Both the position numbers and the translations under genes were made by a program. This document shows, piece by piece, positions 13,986 to 24,747 of a stretch of 64,000 bases of DNA. The notes below the pieces were generated by a model. That model worked only from the letters and a program-made list of their open reading frames with translations, did not search any database and had not been told where the DNA came from. Each line of letters starts with the position of its first letter. Within the stretch, counting starts at the first letter, position 1. This DNA comes from Isurus oxyrinchus (Eukaryota), in the NCBI GenBank assembly GCA_026770705.1, contig JANJGN010000025.1, positions 28,954,001 to 29,018,000 of the forward strand. Direction: 5' to 3'.

Positions 13986-14234
13986 GTTTTTCCTGTCCTG
14001 TATTTCTAATGGAGCTAAATCTCAGTGTCTTATTGTGGATATGATCATTTAGGTACCACAATCAGTTTGTACAATCCTTGAATGGAGAGTGCATTTTTTT
14101 AATGTCACAATGATTTGGTAACACATCACCACTATTTCACAATGAGTATTTCTAAGTATAAACTTATTTTACAAGTAACATTTGATATGGAACACCCGAT
14201 GAGAATTCACTGTGGTGATTTTGTTGTCAATAGG

Positions 14235-14705
14235 CAACTACAGCAGTTCACTTTTATATACCTTTAACATAGCAAAACGTTCCAAGGCACTTCACAGGAG
14301 CATAATCAGACAAAAACTGACATCCAGCTGAAAGAGGAGACATTAAGACAGCAATCCAAAAACTTTATCAAAGAGATAGGTTTTAAGGGAAGTTTTAAAA
14401 CGCGGAGGGAAATGTAGAGAAATAAATAAATAAGGGGAAGGAATTCCAAAGCTTAGAGCCTAGAAGGCTGAAGCCGCAGTCACCAATGATATAGAGCAGA
14501 GGGCCAGAGATGGAGGAACACAAGAGTTCTTGAAGGATTGTAGGGCTGGAGGGGGTTACAGATTTACAGAGGGATGAGGCCAAAGAAGGATTTGAATACA
14601 AGGGTGTGAATTTTAACATTGGGGTATTGGTGGAATAGGAGCCAATGTAGGTCAGTGAGCACAGGAGTGATGGATGAATACAACGTAGTGTGAGTTAGGA
14701 ATGGA
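14235..14705 (-). mobile_element. L2 LINE 3' end
   Basis: Minus ORF ..FSLLGSKLWNSFP.. and an L2-type tail (aagtgccttggaacgttttgctatgttaaagg). Confidence 0.7.
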
Positions 14706-17606
14706 CAGTGAAAAACAGCATTATCCTTCCGTTTATATAACAGACTGGAATTGTGTTCATTTTATCTTGTAGTGTTGGCCATGTCGATGCATTTGCTTCC
14801 ATTATTTTCTGCCATTGGTTGTGCACCATTTCTTTATCGACAGAAATGACAGCCTTTCCTATTTAGGTACGTGATGTGAATAATGGCAACCACATGAATG
14901 GTCACATGCATACAGTCAGTAATGCCTTTATCTAGGGGAAGGTTTAGTAACACTAATTTTTCTGCTGCTTATGGCTACTGATTAAGTTTATGTCAGCAGG
15001 TAAAAGCATTATAAAACTAAGCTTCAGTTAGCTCCTTAATGGAGTGAAGGATGGTAAGGGGCCGGAATCTTATAGGGAAGTGGAAGGAATAAAAGTTGAG
15101 CAGTATGGATGGTAAGTTGTCCCTGTACATCTTTCATGAAGCAGATTGCAAAAGCTTTCCTTTCCCTCATCATGCACTATTACCACTTTATGTCCACTAA
15201 TGGGCTTTTTTGCTATACAAGTGCTACCTGGGGGTAGCTTCTACACCTTACAGGCTGTGATGTTCTCCTGCTCTAGTTGCACTATCAGATAACTGGCAAT
15301 AAATGCTGCTCTCATTATGAGGCTGAAAACGCCAATGTAAGATGTACTTCAGGTGCTATAGTGATACTTCAAAGTCTTGCCCTTTGTTCAATTCACTATC
15401 ACCAATTATGAGCTAGAGTCCAGAACTTGTTTGTCATTTGTATCCCCTCCCTCATACTTCAGTGAGAGATTGCTCTTGATTGGCCTTTTCCATGCCCTTA
15501 ATAAGCCTTAAGAAGCAAAAAAGGCTTTCAATGAACATGTTTCTGGATGGCAGAATGACTCAGAATTGCTGTGTGAATGGCTAAAGAGTCTATCACTGAC
15601 ATCTATTGTTTGTTCACATGCACACTTTTTCATCAAAATTAACACACTGAGGATTTCTTGCATTGAATGTTCCAAACAAATGGACCTAATATTTCTTGAG
15701 GAAAACTGACAGTGCAGACCCATCCACTGATGAAAGAGCCTGAGTTACTTGTTACTTTCTCGGTGGTGTGATTATAAAGATGTCTTCTCTTTAGATCAAT
15801 ACTATCTGTGGACATTTGTATCCCCTCCCTCATACTTCGGTGAAATCAATACTATCTGTGCATCAGCCAGCCAGCTAAAGAATCCTCTTAAAGTCATCAC
15901 ACATAAAATTGCAGCTTAAATCTGGAAGGTTCTAAAGTTTATCTGCAATCATTGAGGTGTGAGACATTTGGTCTACTATTAGGCAGCCAAGCTATGCATG
16001 CACTGGGACCACTGAGGCCCAAGGGAAGTGGCAGGTCAACTATAAATTAAAAGAGAAAACAGTATTTTAATATTTAGGTGGTAATTGTTTAAACTTAGGC
16101 TATTACCAGCCATGTAATTGAACTATTCAACCCATTGGAGGTTTCCTACCTAATGTACTTTTGAGCCCATAGAGGTTTTGTCAGTTCTGCACTGCACGGT
16201 CAGACTCAGTCATCCTCTGGTACAGTACAATCTGGATAGATGAATATCATAGTCAGTCATAAACCTTTTCAAACAGACAATTTCATTGCATGATTCCCAT
16301 TTACTGCCATTTCAGATGAGTGTTAATCCAAACAGTCATCATCCAACAATTTATGTGATCATGCACTTGTAAGTGTTTAACTGGGCTGTTGCATTAGTAG
16401 AAAGAGAACATTGTAAAATTGCTTCATCAGGATTCAGCAGAGTTAAAAGTCTTAATCGTATTGTCTTTCCTCCATCACAATGTAACATTAGCACAAAGGT
16501 TTGCAGTGTTGACACAATACATAGTGAATGAACCATCTAAAATTCCCCTATCAGTGTTTGTGCCTACCTGAGTAATGGGCCATCCTTATTATAGAAGTGA
16601 TGTGCCACCTTGTACAGCAAAGCTTTATAGGGAATTTAAAACAAAGTTTGCAGATCTAAAGAGGAACGTTAACTCTTCTATGCTGCGAAAGGAATTTATT
16701 CCTGGCCACACAGATGCTGAAAGCTGGTTGGAAATGCATTTAAATTTGGCAATAGTTATTACTTCACTGGTGTTGATCATGGCGTGCTGCTATTAAATAG
16801 AATGGAATTGTGCACATGATGTATAGAATTGCAAGATTTTAATTTAGCTCAATATGTAACTTTGGCTGCACACCTGGCTTCAGTTATTGTTATACTACAT
16901 AAACTGTAACTATTATGAAAAAATTTATTTGTCAATGTAAGGAGAATGTTAATGAAGCTTACATAGAAAATATAATGCTTTTTCAGAGATGTGAATTATA
17001 TCAATGTGAGGCCTCCAAAGTGTAGGAGCAATAATGGCAGTGTTTGATTTTTCCACCTATTTTATCCTTTCCACCATTGAGGGTGTGATAAACTCTGGGT
17101 GCAAATGTATAGATGTTGCCAGTCTTCTGGTAATTTGCCTACCATTTTTCACGTGTGGAACTAGTCAATCAGTGTCAACCAAGTTACAATGAAGGTCATC
17201 ATGGGATAAATTTCATTAGTCATTGCAAAATCATGGAGCCTTGTTTGACAAGGGTGGAGGCATTGATCCCAACACACAATTTCCTCCAGCTATTGAAAAA
17301 TTGGGAGAACCACCAATTAGACGGACCAAAATGTATGATTGTGCAATGTTTCCTTCAGCAGAGTGAAGTGCAGCAGTAAGAGAGCTAAGCCACACTTTTC
17401 ACCCTTACAGCAATTTTGGTGTTGTACTTTCATTGCATACTGCTTTGGTCACCCTGTACACAGAAGACAAGCAAGCACTGAAAGGATACAAAGAAAAGCA
17501 ATAAGAATGATTTCATGATGAAGATTCTTTAAAAAAAATTCTATTTACAGAAAAAAAATATTTAAAAGAGACATTGCTGAAATATGTAAATATATAATGT
17601 AGTAGG

Positions 17607-17936
17607 TGTTGTATTTTCACAGCTGAGCATTATGTTGTGTTATGTGTTCGCTCCAGCTGTGGTGTCTCAATGATGAGATCTTGAGACCTGTATGTTTAAA
17701 CATGAACCATTTATTGTTAATCTTTAACTATTTACAGATCCCAGTTTACTATCATGCATGGTGTTGCTGCCTCTATGCAGGCTGCTTCCAGAGCGTTCTC
17801 TCTAGACTGTTCTGAGCCTATTACCATGTGACTCTATGTATCATACCGTGGGGCGTGCCATTCTCCAGTCCCACATTAACCCTTGCACTGCTAAGCACCT
17901 TTACATTACAATGGCATTCAGGCACATAATACAGCA
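17607..17936 (-). repeat. 3' LTR
   Basis: Shares long blocks with 22091-22389, e.g. atgaaccatttattgttaatctttaactat and agcacctttacattacaatggcat; AATAAA on the minus strand. Confidence 0.9.
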
Positions 17937-18529
17937 ACCCCTTTCTTCTCCAAAGGAAACTTTCCTCCCTTCCAATGGAGTATTCCAGTACAATTTTGAC
18001 TTTCTATCCCTTCACCCCCACTGTAAATCTCAGACATTACAAATTATGACGGCCTTGAGGCTTGATGGTTCTTCCACATCTCAGTTTGTCATGTTTGGTG
18101 GAATGGCAGTAGTACTCTGTGTTTCTAGTACTTGGTTATGTCCATTTGATTCGCTTTTTGCACTCCGAGTTGCATTTCTCTTTTTTAGCAACCTGTCTGC
18201 TTTTTTCGGACACTGTGGGTTTGTCCTGTTCCTTCCACAAGGAATGTGCACTCCGTTCATTCCTAGAGTGGACTGGAATTTTTTTTTTTCAATGTGTCTG
18301 CCATGTTCTTACTGGATGTATATGTTTCACAAATGGAATCTTCATTTCCACGTGTTTCACAGTTTCAGCCAAACACTTGTTTGCTGTTTTATTTTTTAAA
18401 CCGTTTTGCAAACTTATGAATCTCATCATTCAGCTCAATGGTTCTCATTATGTTGCAGACGCCCAGTGCTCTTTCTTCTTCCGGTTTCTTATACTTCAGT
18501 GTCGGATTCACATTTCCTGATCTTATTTC

Positions 18530-19171
18530 TGTCTTTTCTTTCTCTGACTGTAACTTAGGAAGTTCTACGGCTTTTTCTTTTAACGCCTCTTCATTTTCAT
18601 TCAACTGCTTCTTCAGCTTGTCAGTCGGTTTCTTGCAGCTCTCGGCTTCACCCTAGAATATGGAACGTTCCTGAGTCTTCTCTGCCAGCTGGTTCTTCAG
18701 TTTGCTCAGAGTGATGTTAAATTCATTTTCCTTAACTTTGTAATTATCCAGAGGTACAGATTTTTGTCCTAAGGGATTCTTATAACATATGAAGATTCTT
18801 CAGCAGGTTTCCTTTTCTTTGCAAGACTCACTTGCTTCATCTTGAACTTTCCTGTAATTCGGTAGAGTCTCCTTGAGTTTCTTTTGTTGTGCCTCCATTC
18901 TACCGTTTAAGACAATCTTCACTTCTTCGTGTTGCTGAATGGGTATGCATTCCTTTTGCATTTGATCTTGAAGGTTAGTCAGCAGTTCTTATAATTGTTT
19001 ATTTTCTTGTTGACCTCTTAGCAACTCAATCTGGGCTTCAGTGCATCATTTCATTGCTACTGATAATTCCAACATAGCTTTTTCTGAAGTAATGTTCAAC
19101 GTCCTTTTTAGCTCCTCGTGTTTTTACATGGCTACACATTGATTCTTCAAGGAGTTTTTCAGGGTTGCAAC
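18530..19171 (-). pseudogene. UACA-like coiled-coil fragment, distal part (stops and frameshifts)
   Basis: Manual translation: LKNSLKNQCVAM*KHEELKRTLN..QMQKECIPIQQHEE..TLPNYRKVQDE..VPLDNYKVKENEFNITLSKLKNQLAEKTQ..DKLKKQL. Collinear with human UACA as recalled (NQYVPVKTHEEVKMTLN..ILANYRKGQEE..FKATEKELKDQLSEQTQ..DKLKKEI). Confidence 0.75.
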
Positions 19172-20590
19172 TTTTTTTTATTATTCATTCATGAGATGCG
19201 GGCGTTGCTGACTAGGCCAGCATTTATTGCCTAACACTAATTGTCCTTGAGAAGGTGGTAGTGAGCTGCCCTCTTGAATCGCTGCAGTCCATGTGGTGTA
19301 GGCGCATCTACAGAGTTCCAGGATTTTGACCCAGTTGAAGCAAAGGAATGGCGATATTATTTCCAAGTCATGTTGGTGGGTGTCTCGGAAGGGAAATTCC
19401 AGCTGGTGGTGTTCCCATGTGTCTGCTGCCCTTGTCCTTCTAGGTCATAGCAGTTGTGGGTTTGGAAGGTGATGTTTTAGGAGCTTTGTTGACTTTCTGC
19501 AGTGTGTCTTGTAGATGGTACACATTGCTGCCATTGTGCAATGGTGGTGGAGGCAGTGAATGTTTGTGGATGGGGTGCCAATCAAGCAGGCGGCTTAGAC
19601 CTGAATGGTGTCAAGCTTCTTGAGTGTTGTTAGAGCTGCATTCATCCAGGCAAATGGCAGTGTAGATGGTGGACAGGCTTTGGGGAGTCAGGAGGCAAGT
19701 TATTTACTGCAGGATTCCCAGCCGCTGACTTGGTCTTGTAGCCACAGTATTTATATGGCTAGTCCAGTTCAGTTTCTGGTCAATGGTAACTGCCAGGATG
19801 TTGTTAGTGGGGGATTCAGCAATGGTAATACCATTGAATGTCAAGGGGCAATGGTTAGATTCTCTCTTGTTGGAGATGGTCATTGCCTGACACTTGTATG
19901 GTGTGAATATTACTTGCCACTTGTCAGCCCAAGCCAGGATATTGTCCACATCTTGCTGCATTTGGACATGGACTGCTTCAGTATCAGAGTAGCTGCGAAT
20001 GGAGCTGAAAATTGCACAAGCATCAGTGAACATCCTCACTTCTGACCTTATGATGGTCATTGATAACGCAGCTGAAGATGGTTGGGCCTAGGACACTACC
20101 CTGATGTACGCCTCTGGTGATGTCCTGGATTGTGATGATTGATCTCTAACAACCACAACCATCTTCATTTATGATAAGTATGACTCAAACCAGTGGAGAG
20201 TTTTCTCCATGATTCCCATTGGCTCCAGTTTTGCTGGGGCTGCTTGAAGCCCCACACAGTCAAATGCTGCCTTGATGTCAAGGGCAGTTCTCTCACCTTA
20301 CCTCTGGATTTCAGCTGTTTCATCCATGTTTGAACCAAGGCTGTAATGAGGTCAGGAACTGAGTGGCCCTAGCGGAACCCAAACTGGGCGTCAGTGAGCA
20401 GGTTATTGCTAAGCAAGTGCCGCTTGATAGCACTACTGATGACCCCTTCCGGCACTTTTCTGATGATTTAGAGTAGAGCATTTGGCTGGGTTGGATTTGT
20501 CCTGCTTTTTGTGTACAGAACATACCTGGGCAATTTTCCACATTTCTGGATAGATGCCATGTTATAGTTCTATCAGAACAGCTTGGCTAG
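19172..20590 (-). mobile_element. 5'-truncated CR1/L2-group LINE inserted into the LTR element
   Basis: RT fragments LDIKAAFD, IRSEVRMFTD, WADKWQV and the family 3' tail with an A-rich end at 19172-19180; homologous to 29590-31500. Confidence 0.9.
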
Positions 20591-20900
20591 GGACAGGGGC
20601 CTTTTCTGCCTCCTGCTTTGCCTGGCTGTGCATCTGGTTGAGGTTTCCCAGCTCCTGCTTTGATTTGCCAGCTGTGGAATCGAGGGTCATTATTTCCTTC
20701 TGGTACCTTGGTCTCGTCTCTGAAATTTGATTGTTCAGATCTCAAACAGCTTAGTTCATTGAAGACTTCAGTTGACATGCATTTTCAGGGGCATACACTC
20801 AGCTTGAATCTTGCGCCTCAAATCTTCCTGTTCAGCTGTGATGTGAACGTTTCCTGTAGAACAGCTTCATTTACTTTTTACACATTTGCTTCTTTTGAGT
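20591..20900 (-). pseudogene. UACA-like coiled-coil fragment, proximal part
   Basis: Manual translation: RRKIQAECMPLK...YQKEIMTLDSTAGKSKQELGNLNQMHSQAKQEAEK, matching the UACA segment (HEKEIIALKSNIVELKKQLSEL) that directly precedes the distal part. Confidence 0.6.
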
Positions 20901-21730
20901 TACCTCAGATAGCCATCTGCTCACCCCATACAGCCATCTGCCTCCCTCGCTCTGGGTTCTTTTGGCTCCCTCTCTCTCTGGGGTTTTCTGCTGCCCCCAT
21001 GCTGGAGTCTTTTACTGCCTCGCTCTGGGGTCTTTTGTTTCCCTTTCACTGCGGTCTCTGCTAATTTTCTGTCCAGCGACTTTGTAAGAGACTTGTTGCT
21101 GGGGAGATTTTTGGTTCCTCAACTTTGAAAAAAAAAACTTTGGAGGTGTTGTATTTTGCAACAAATAGATCAATCCAGGTACAGAATGTTCCAGCTATTC
21201 TTACTGCACTGCACCGTGCTTGAGGCTTGGCTATCACTTACTTAGGGACAAAATCTGCTCTCCACATTTTAAAATATGCATGTCTGTAGCCATTTCCTTT
21301 TCGTTTAGAGCGCTTTTAAAACTAAGATTTCAGCATTGCCAAAAATGCTTGGGAGGGTTGTACTCACGGTCTGTGTTTTAACTCTGAGGAACTTCTAAAA
21401 CAGCAGCAATTTGTTCCTCAGTACAAGAGGCTAGGGACCCAATTGGAAAAGGTTCCCTTTCCCTTAAACTCTGCAGGCTTTTTACTTTTTTAAACTGTAC
21501 TCTGCAGGTTTCTCTCTTCATTCTGCCAGCCAATTTTTATTTAACTTTTTTTAACTTCGGCCCAGCCACCATGTGTTATGGTGCGGCTATTGACTCCCTC
21601 TGTTGCTCTCTTTCAGCTGCCCTCTGGATGCTGAGCCCTAGGACTGCCACTTACTCTAAAATGTAAGCACAGCTTCTTTTTGGTATTTTTACTCACCATC
21701 TCATATACTGCCCAGGTCCTTTGACTCTGT

Positions 21731-21895
21731 GTTACTCAGGCTCTGCAATTTCCTGTAGTGTTGCTCACCTTACTTGTGATCTGAGCACTTTTTTTGCTCT
21801 ACATCACTCAGGAGTTGTGCAATTTTTATAGTTGTGCTCACCCGTCCTTGTGATTTAATCAAGTTATTTTATTCTTTACTTGCGTCACTCAGGGG
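21731..21895. repeat. Degenerate tandem repeat (~75-80 bp, about 2.2 copies) inside the LTR element
   Basis: actcagg..tgcaattt..tgctcacc..cttgtgat recurs at ~21734 and ~21806, with a third start at ~21887. Confidence 0.6.
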
Positions 21896-22090
21896 TCTTG
21901 CATGGACTTCCACTCACTCTGGTGGATTCCTCAACTTTTCAGTCTGTAGTGAAGCTTCTTCAACTGTTTCTTCTTAGGCACACATCTCCCTGGTTTGGCT
22001 TCAGCTGCTTTTAGTTTCTCATACCTTGGGATACTGTTCTGGGTTCATTATTTAAAATGTCACCTTTCATATCATCGCTACTGCTCACCA

Positions 22091-22389
22091 TGTTGCTTTA
22101 TCACTGCTGATACTGTATTATTGTGCACAGTGATCCCTCAATGCTGAGGTCTTGAGGCTTGGATGTTTAAATATGAACCATTTATTGTTAATCTTTAACT
22201 ATTACAGAGCCCAGGCTACTGTCATGCATGCAGGCTGCTTCCAGAGTATTCTCTCGACTGTTCTGTGAGTCTATTACCATGTGACTCTTTGCATCGTACC
22301 ATATGCAGTGCTAGTCTCCAGTCCCATGTTGACCCTTGCTCTGCTGAGCACCTTTACATTACAATGGCATACAGGCACATACTACAAAA
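22091..22389 (-). repeat. 5' LTR
   Basis: Direct repeat of 17607-17936; adjacent PBS resembles the tRNA-iMet complement TGGTAGCAGAGGATG with indels. Confidence 0.9.
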
Positions 22390-22744
22390 GTAGGAAGCAA
22401 TAATTTGAAAGACAAAAACAAAGACAATGAGCTGAATTTTCTGCTCTGAAGTCTAAGTTCGTTGGCAGGTATGGAAATGCAAGTGATTCCCACAGGGGGA
22501 TGGGATGGCTGAATACGTGTGAGCTGGTGCTGTTCAGCACTTATGCACTTGTGCGGAACATGGCAAATCTCATGGTGGGTGCCATAGTTAAAGGGCACCC
22601 AGACAGCCTGCCTCTCTTCCGCCCCTACCCTCCAACCCACCTGCCCTGTCACCTTTGCCTGCCTCCCAGGTCCAGCCTCTGCTCCACCCTTCCACCCTAT
22701 CCCCCATCCAGCCTTTGCACAGCATGTGCTACCGGTGCCCTTTT

Positions 22745-22920
22745 CCTTCATTCATGGGAGGCGGGTTTTGCTGGCTGAGACAGCATTTATCCCTAGTTGC
22801 ACTTAAGAAGGTGGTAGTGAGCTGCCTTCTTGAACCGCTGCAGTTCATGTGGTACACCCAGAATGCTGATTTTGACCCAGTGACAGTGAAGGAAAGGCCA
22901 TATATTTATGCTGGTGCCTA
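22745..22920 (-). mobile_element. LINE 3' tail fragment
   Basis: PHELQRFKKAAHYHLLK motif plus family tail. Confidence 0.75.
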
Positions 22921-22959
22921 GGTCGGGTCGTCCGGTTTCTTTCCTTTTTTGAGACCTTC

Positions 22960-23600
22960 TGGCGATTTGATTCAACTGAGTGGTTTGCTAGGCCATTTCA
23001 GAGAGCATTTAAGAAGCAATCACATTGCTGTGCATCTGGAGTAACTTTTTTTTATACATTCACAGCATGCGGGCTTCGGCTCGCTGGGCCAGCATTTGTT
23101 GCCCATCCCTAGTTGCCCTTGAGAAGGTGGTGGTGAGCTGCCTTCGTGAACCGCTGCAGTCCATGTGGTGTAGGCACATCCACAGTGCTGTTAGGAAGGG
23201 AGATCCAGGATTTTGACCCAGCGATGTGAAGGAACGGCAATATATTTCCAAGTCAGGATGGTGAGTGACTTGGAGGGGAACTTTGAGGTGGTGGTGTTCC
23301 CATGTATCTGCTGCCCTTGTTCTTCTAGATGATAGTGGTCATGGGTTTGGAAGGTGTAGGCTGGACCAGGTAAGGGTAACAGATTTCCTTTTCTAAAGGG
23401 CAATAGTAAACTGGATGGGTTTTTACAACAATCAACAATGGTTTCATGATTATCATTAGACTTTTAATTACAGATTTTTATTGAATTCAAATTCCACAAT
23501 CTGCCATGCTGGGATTTGAACCTGGGTCCCCAGAGCATTACCCTAAGTCTCTGGATTACTAATCCAGCAAAAAAAACCCCACTAAACCATCACCTCCCCT
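22960..23600 (-). mobile_element. tRNA-derived SINE (probably MetaSINE-type core) split by a LINE tail at ~23046-23357
   Basis: Minus strand has A box tggtttagtgg and B box ggttcaaatcc; the core ..ggaaatctgttacccttacctggtccagcctaca continues after the insert as ..actccagatgcacagcaatgtgattg..aaatggcctagcaaaccactcagtt. Confidence 0.75.
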
Positions 23601-23619
23601 AAATGAGTGAAGTTATGAG

Positions 23620-23961
23620 CATGTCTACTGACCTCAAAGTCATGGAAGACGTGAAGCTCGCCAAGTGCATGTGGTGAAAGTGAACGTTCTAGCTTCCTGC
23701 TGGTGGGTAACTTAATTTGTAGGGGGAACCTAATTCCAATGACGTGGCCTTTTAATGAGCATGCATGACATGCTATTGCATGCAAAAGGGCTTCCTGACA
23801 TTGTTCGTCGAGAAGCTTGACCCGTCCTTAACCTGCCTTTAAAGTCCCAAGAACAGAATTCCAGCAGTGCATCCCGACGTTGGGAAACTGATTTTTGGCC
23901 TCACGCCAAAGTAATTTCACCTATGCATTCCGCTGCTGGCGGGACCGGAAGATTCTGCCCA
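23620..23961. mobile_element. Harbinger-type MITE fragment
   Basis: Ends in GGAAGATTCTGCCC, the same TIR as 3232. Confidence 0.55.
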
Positions 23962-23967
23962 ATGAAT

Positions 23968-24420
23968 CTATACAAGACACTAGTTAGGCTACAGTTGGAA
24001 TGCTGCTTGCAGTTTTGAGCATCCCGTTATCAAAAACATGTAAGGGCAATAAAAAAAAGGTGAAATGCAGATACACTTGAATGACACCAAGGATGAAAAG
24101 ATATTGTTGTTATGTGAGACATACAAATCTGTAACTTTATTTATTGGAGCAGTAAAGATTAAGGAGGAATTGAGTAGAAGCTTTGAAATTTTAAAAAGGG
24201 TTTGAAATGAATAGAATGAAAATTCGGGCAGGTGACTGGTTCCACCAGACCCCCTGGCCAATGATTGGTGATATAGTTGGAGATACAAGTTCATCGAATG
24301 TGTTATAACTTTAGCAAAAAGCAAGGTGTGAAATATCAAAAACTGCATTACAAATGTACAAGATGACATTTGGTACCATAAAAATACTATAGGACAGAGC
24401 TGGATGTTCCCAACTGTTCT
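23968..24420 (+). mobile_element. Ancient CR1 3' fragment
   Basis: Starts YKTLVRLQLECCLQF, a decayed CR1 YKTLVRPHLEYCVQFW motif. Confidence 0.55.
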
Positions 24421-24747
24421 AGGAAATAAGCCCAAATGAGAAGTTAGTAATATCATGATATAAGATTAGACACTGGCCCTTTAAACCCCTTTTTACTTTT
24501 CCTCTCTCATGGGCACTCTCCCTTTCACTATTCTGGCCAACAGCACTGGTTCAAGGATTGAACATAGGACCTTCCTTCTTAAAACTCAACTATGCACCAA
24601 ATAAGCCACTGATACATTAAAGAAGTGGTTTTAATATCACCTCTTCATTGTTTTGTTGCAAACAATACTTATAAGACTAACCAGTACTTTGTTGCTTTGC
24701 AATTTGGTTTCAGATTATTTGAAGTGGATTATGTTTGAGTATCCCTG

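Larger units (their letters stand above)
17607..22389 (-). mobile_element. Structurally complete non-autonomous Gypsy-derived LTR element carrying a captured host sequence
   Basis: Homologous LTRs 17607-17936 and 22091-22389 (TGTTG start); 5-bp TSD GTAGG at 17602-17606 and 22390-22394; PBS-like TGGTGAGCAGTAGCGATG at 22090-22073; polypurine tract GAGAAGAAAGGGGT next to the 3' LTR; no RT/RH/IN core seen. Confidence 0.9.

Noticed and set aside
17836-18399. 187-aa plus-strand hydrophobic ORF
   Set aside because: Antisense shadow of the K/E-rich minus strand of the LTR element; it starts inside the LTR.
18530-20900. The genuine UACA gene locus
   Set aside because: Multiple stops and frameshifts, no ankyrin exons nearby, and enclosed by LTRs with a TSD; treated as a transduced pseudogene fragment.
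17607-22389. Coiled coil as a retroviral env or gag
   Set aside because: No signal peptide, furin site, transmembrane segment or zinc knuckle seen; the motif pattern fits the UACA family better.
23989-24456. 155-aa minus-strand ORF
   Set aside because: Antisense of an ancient CR1 fragment; no recognisable domain.
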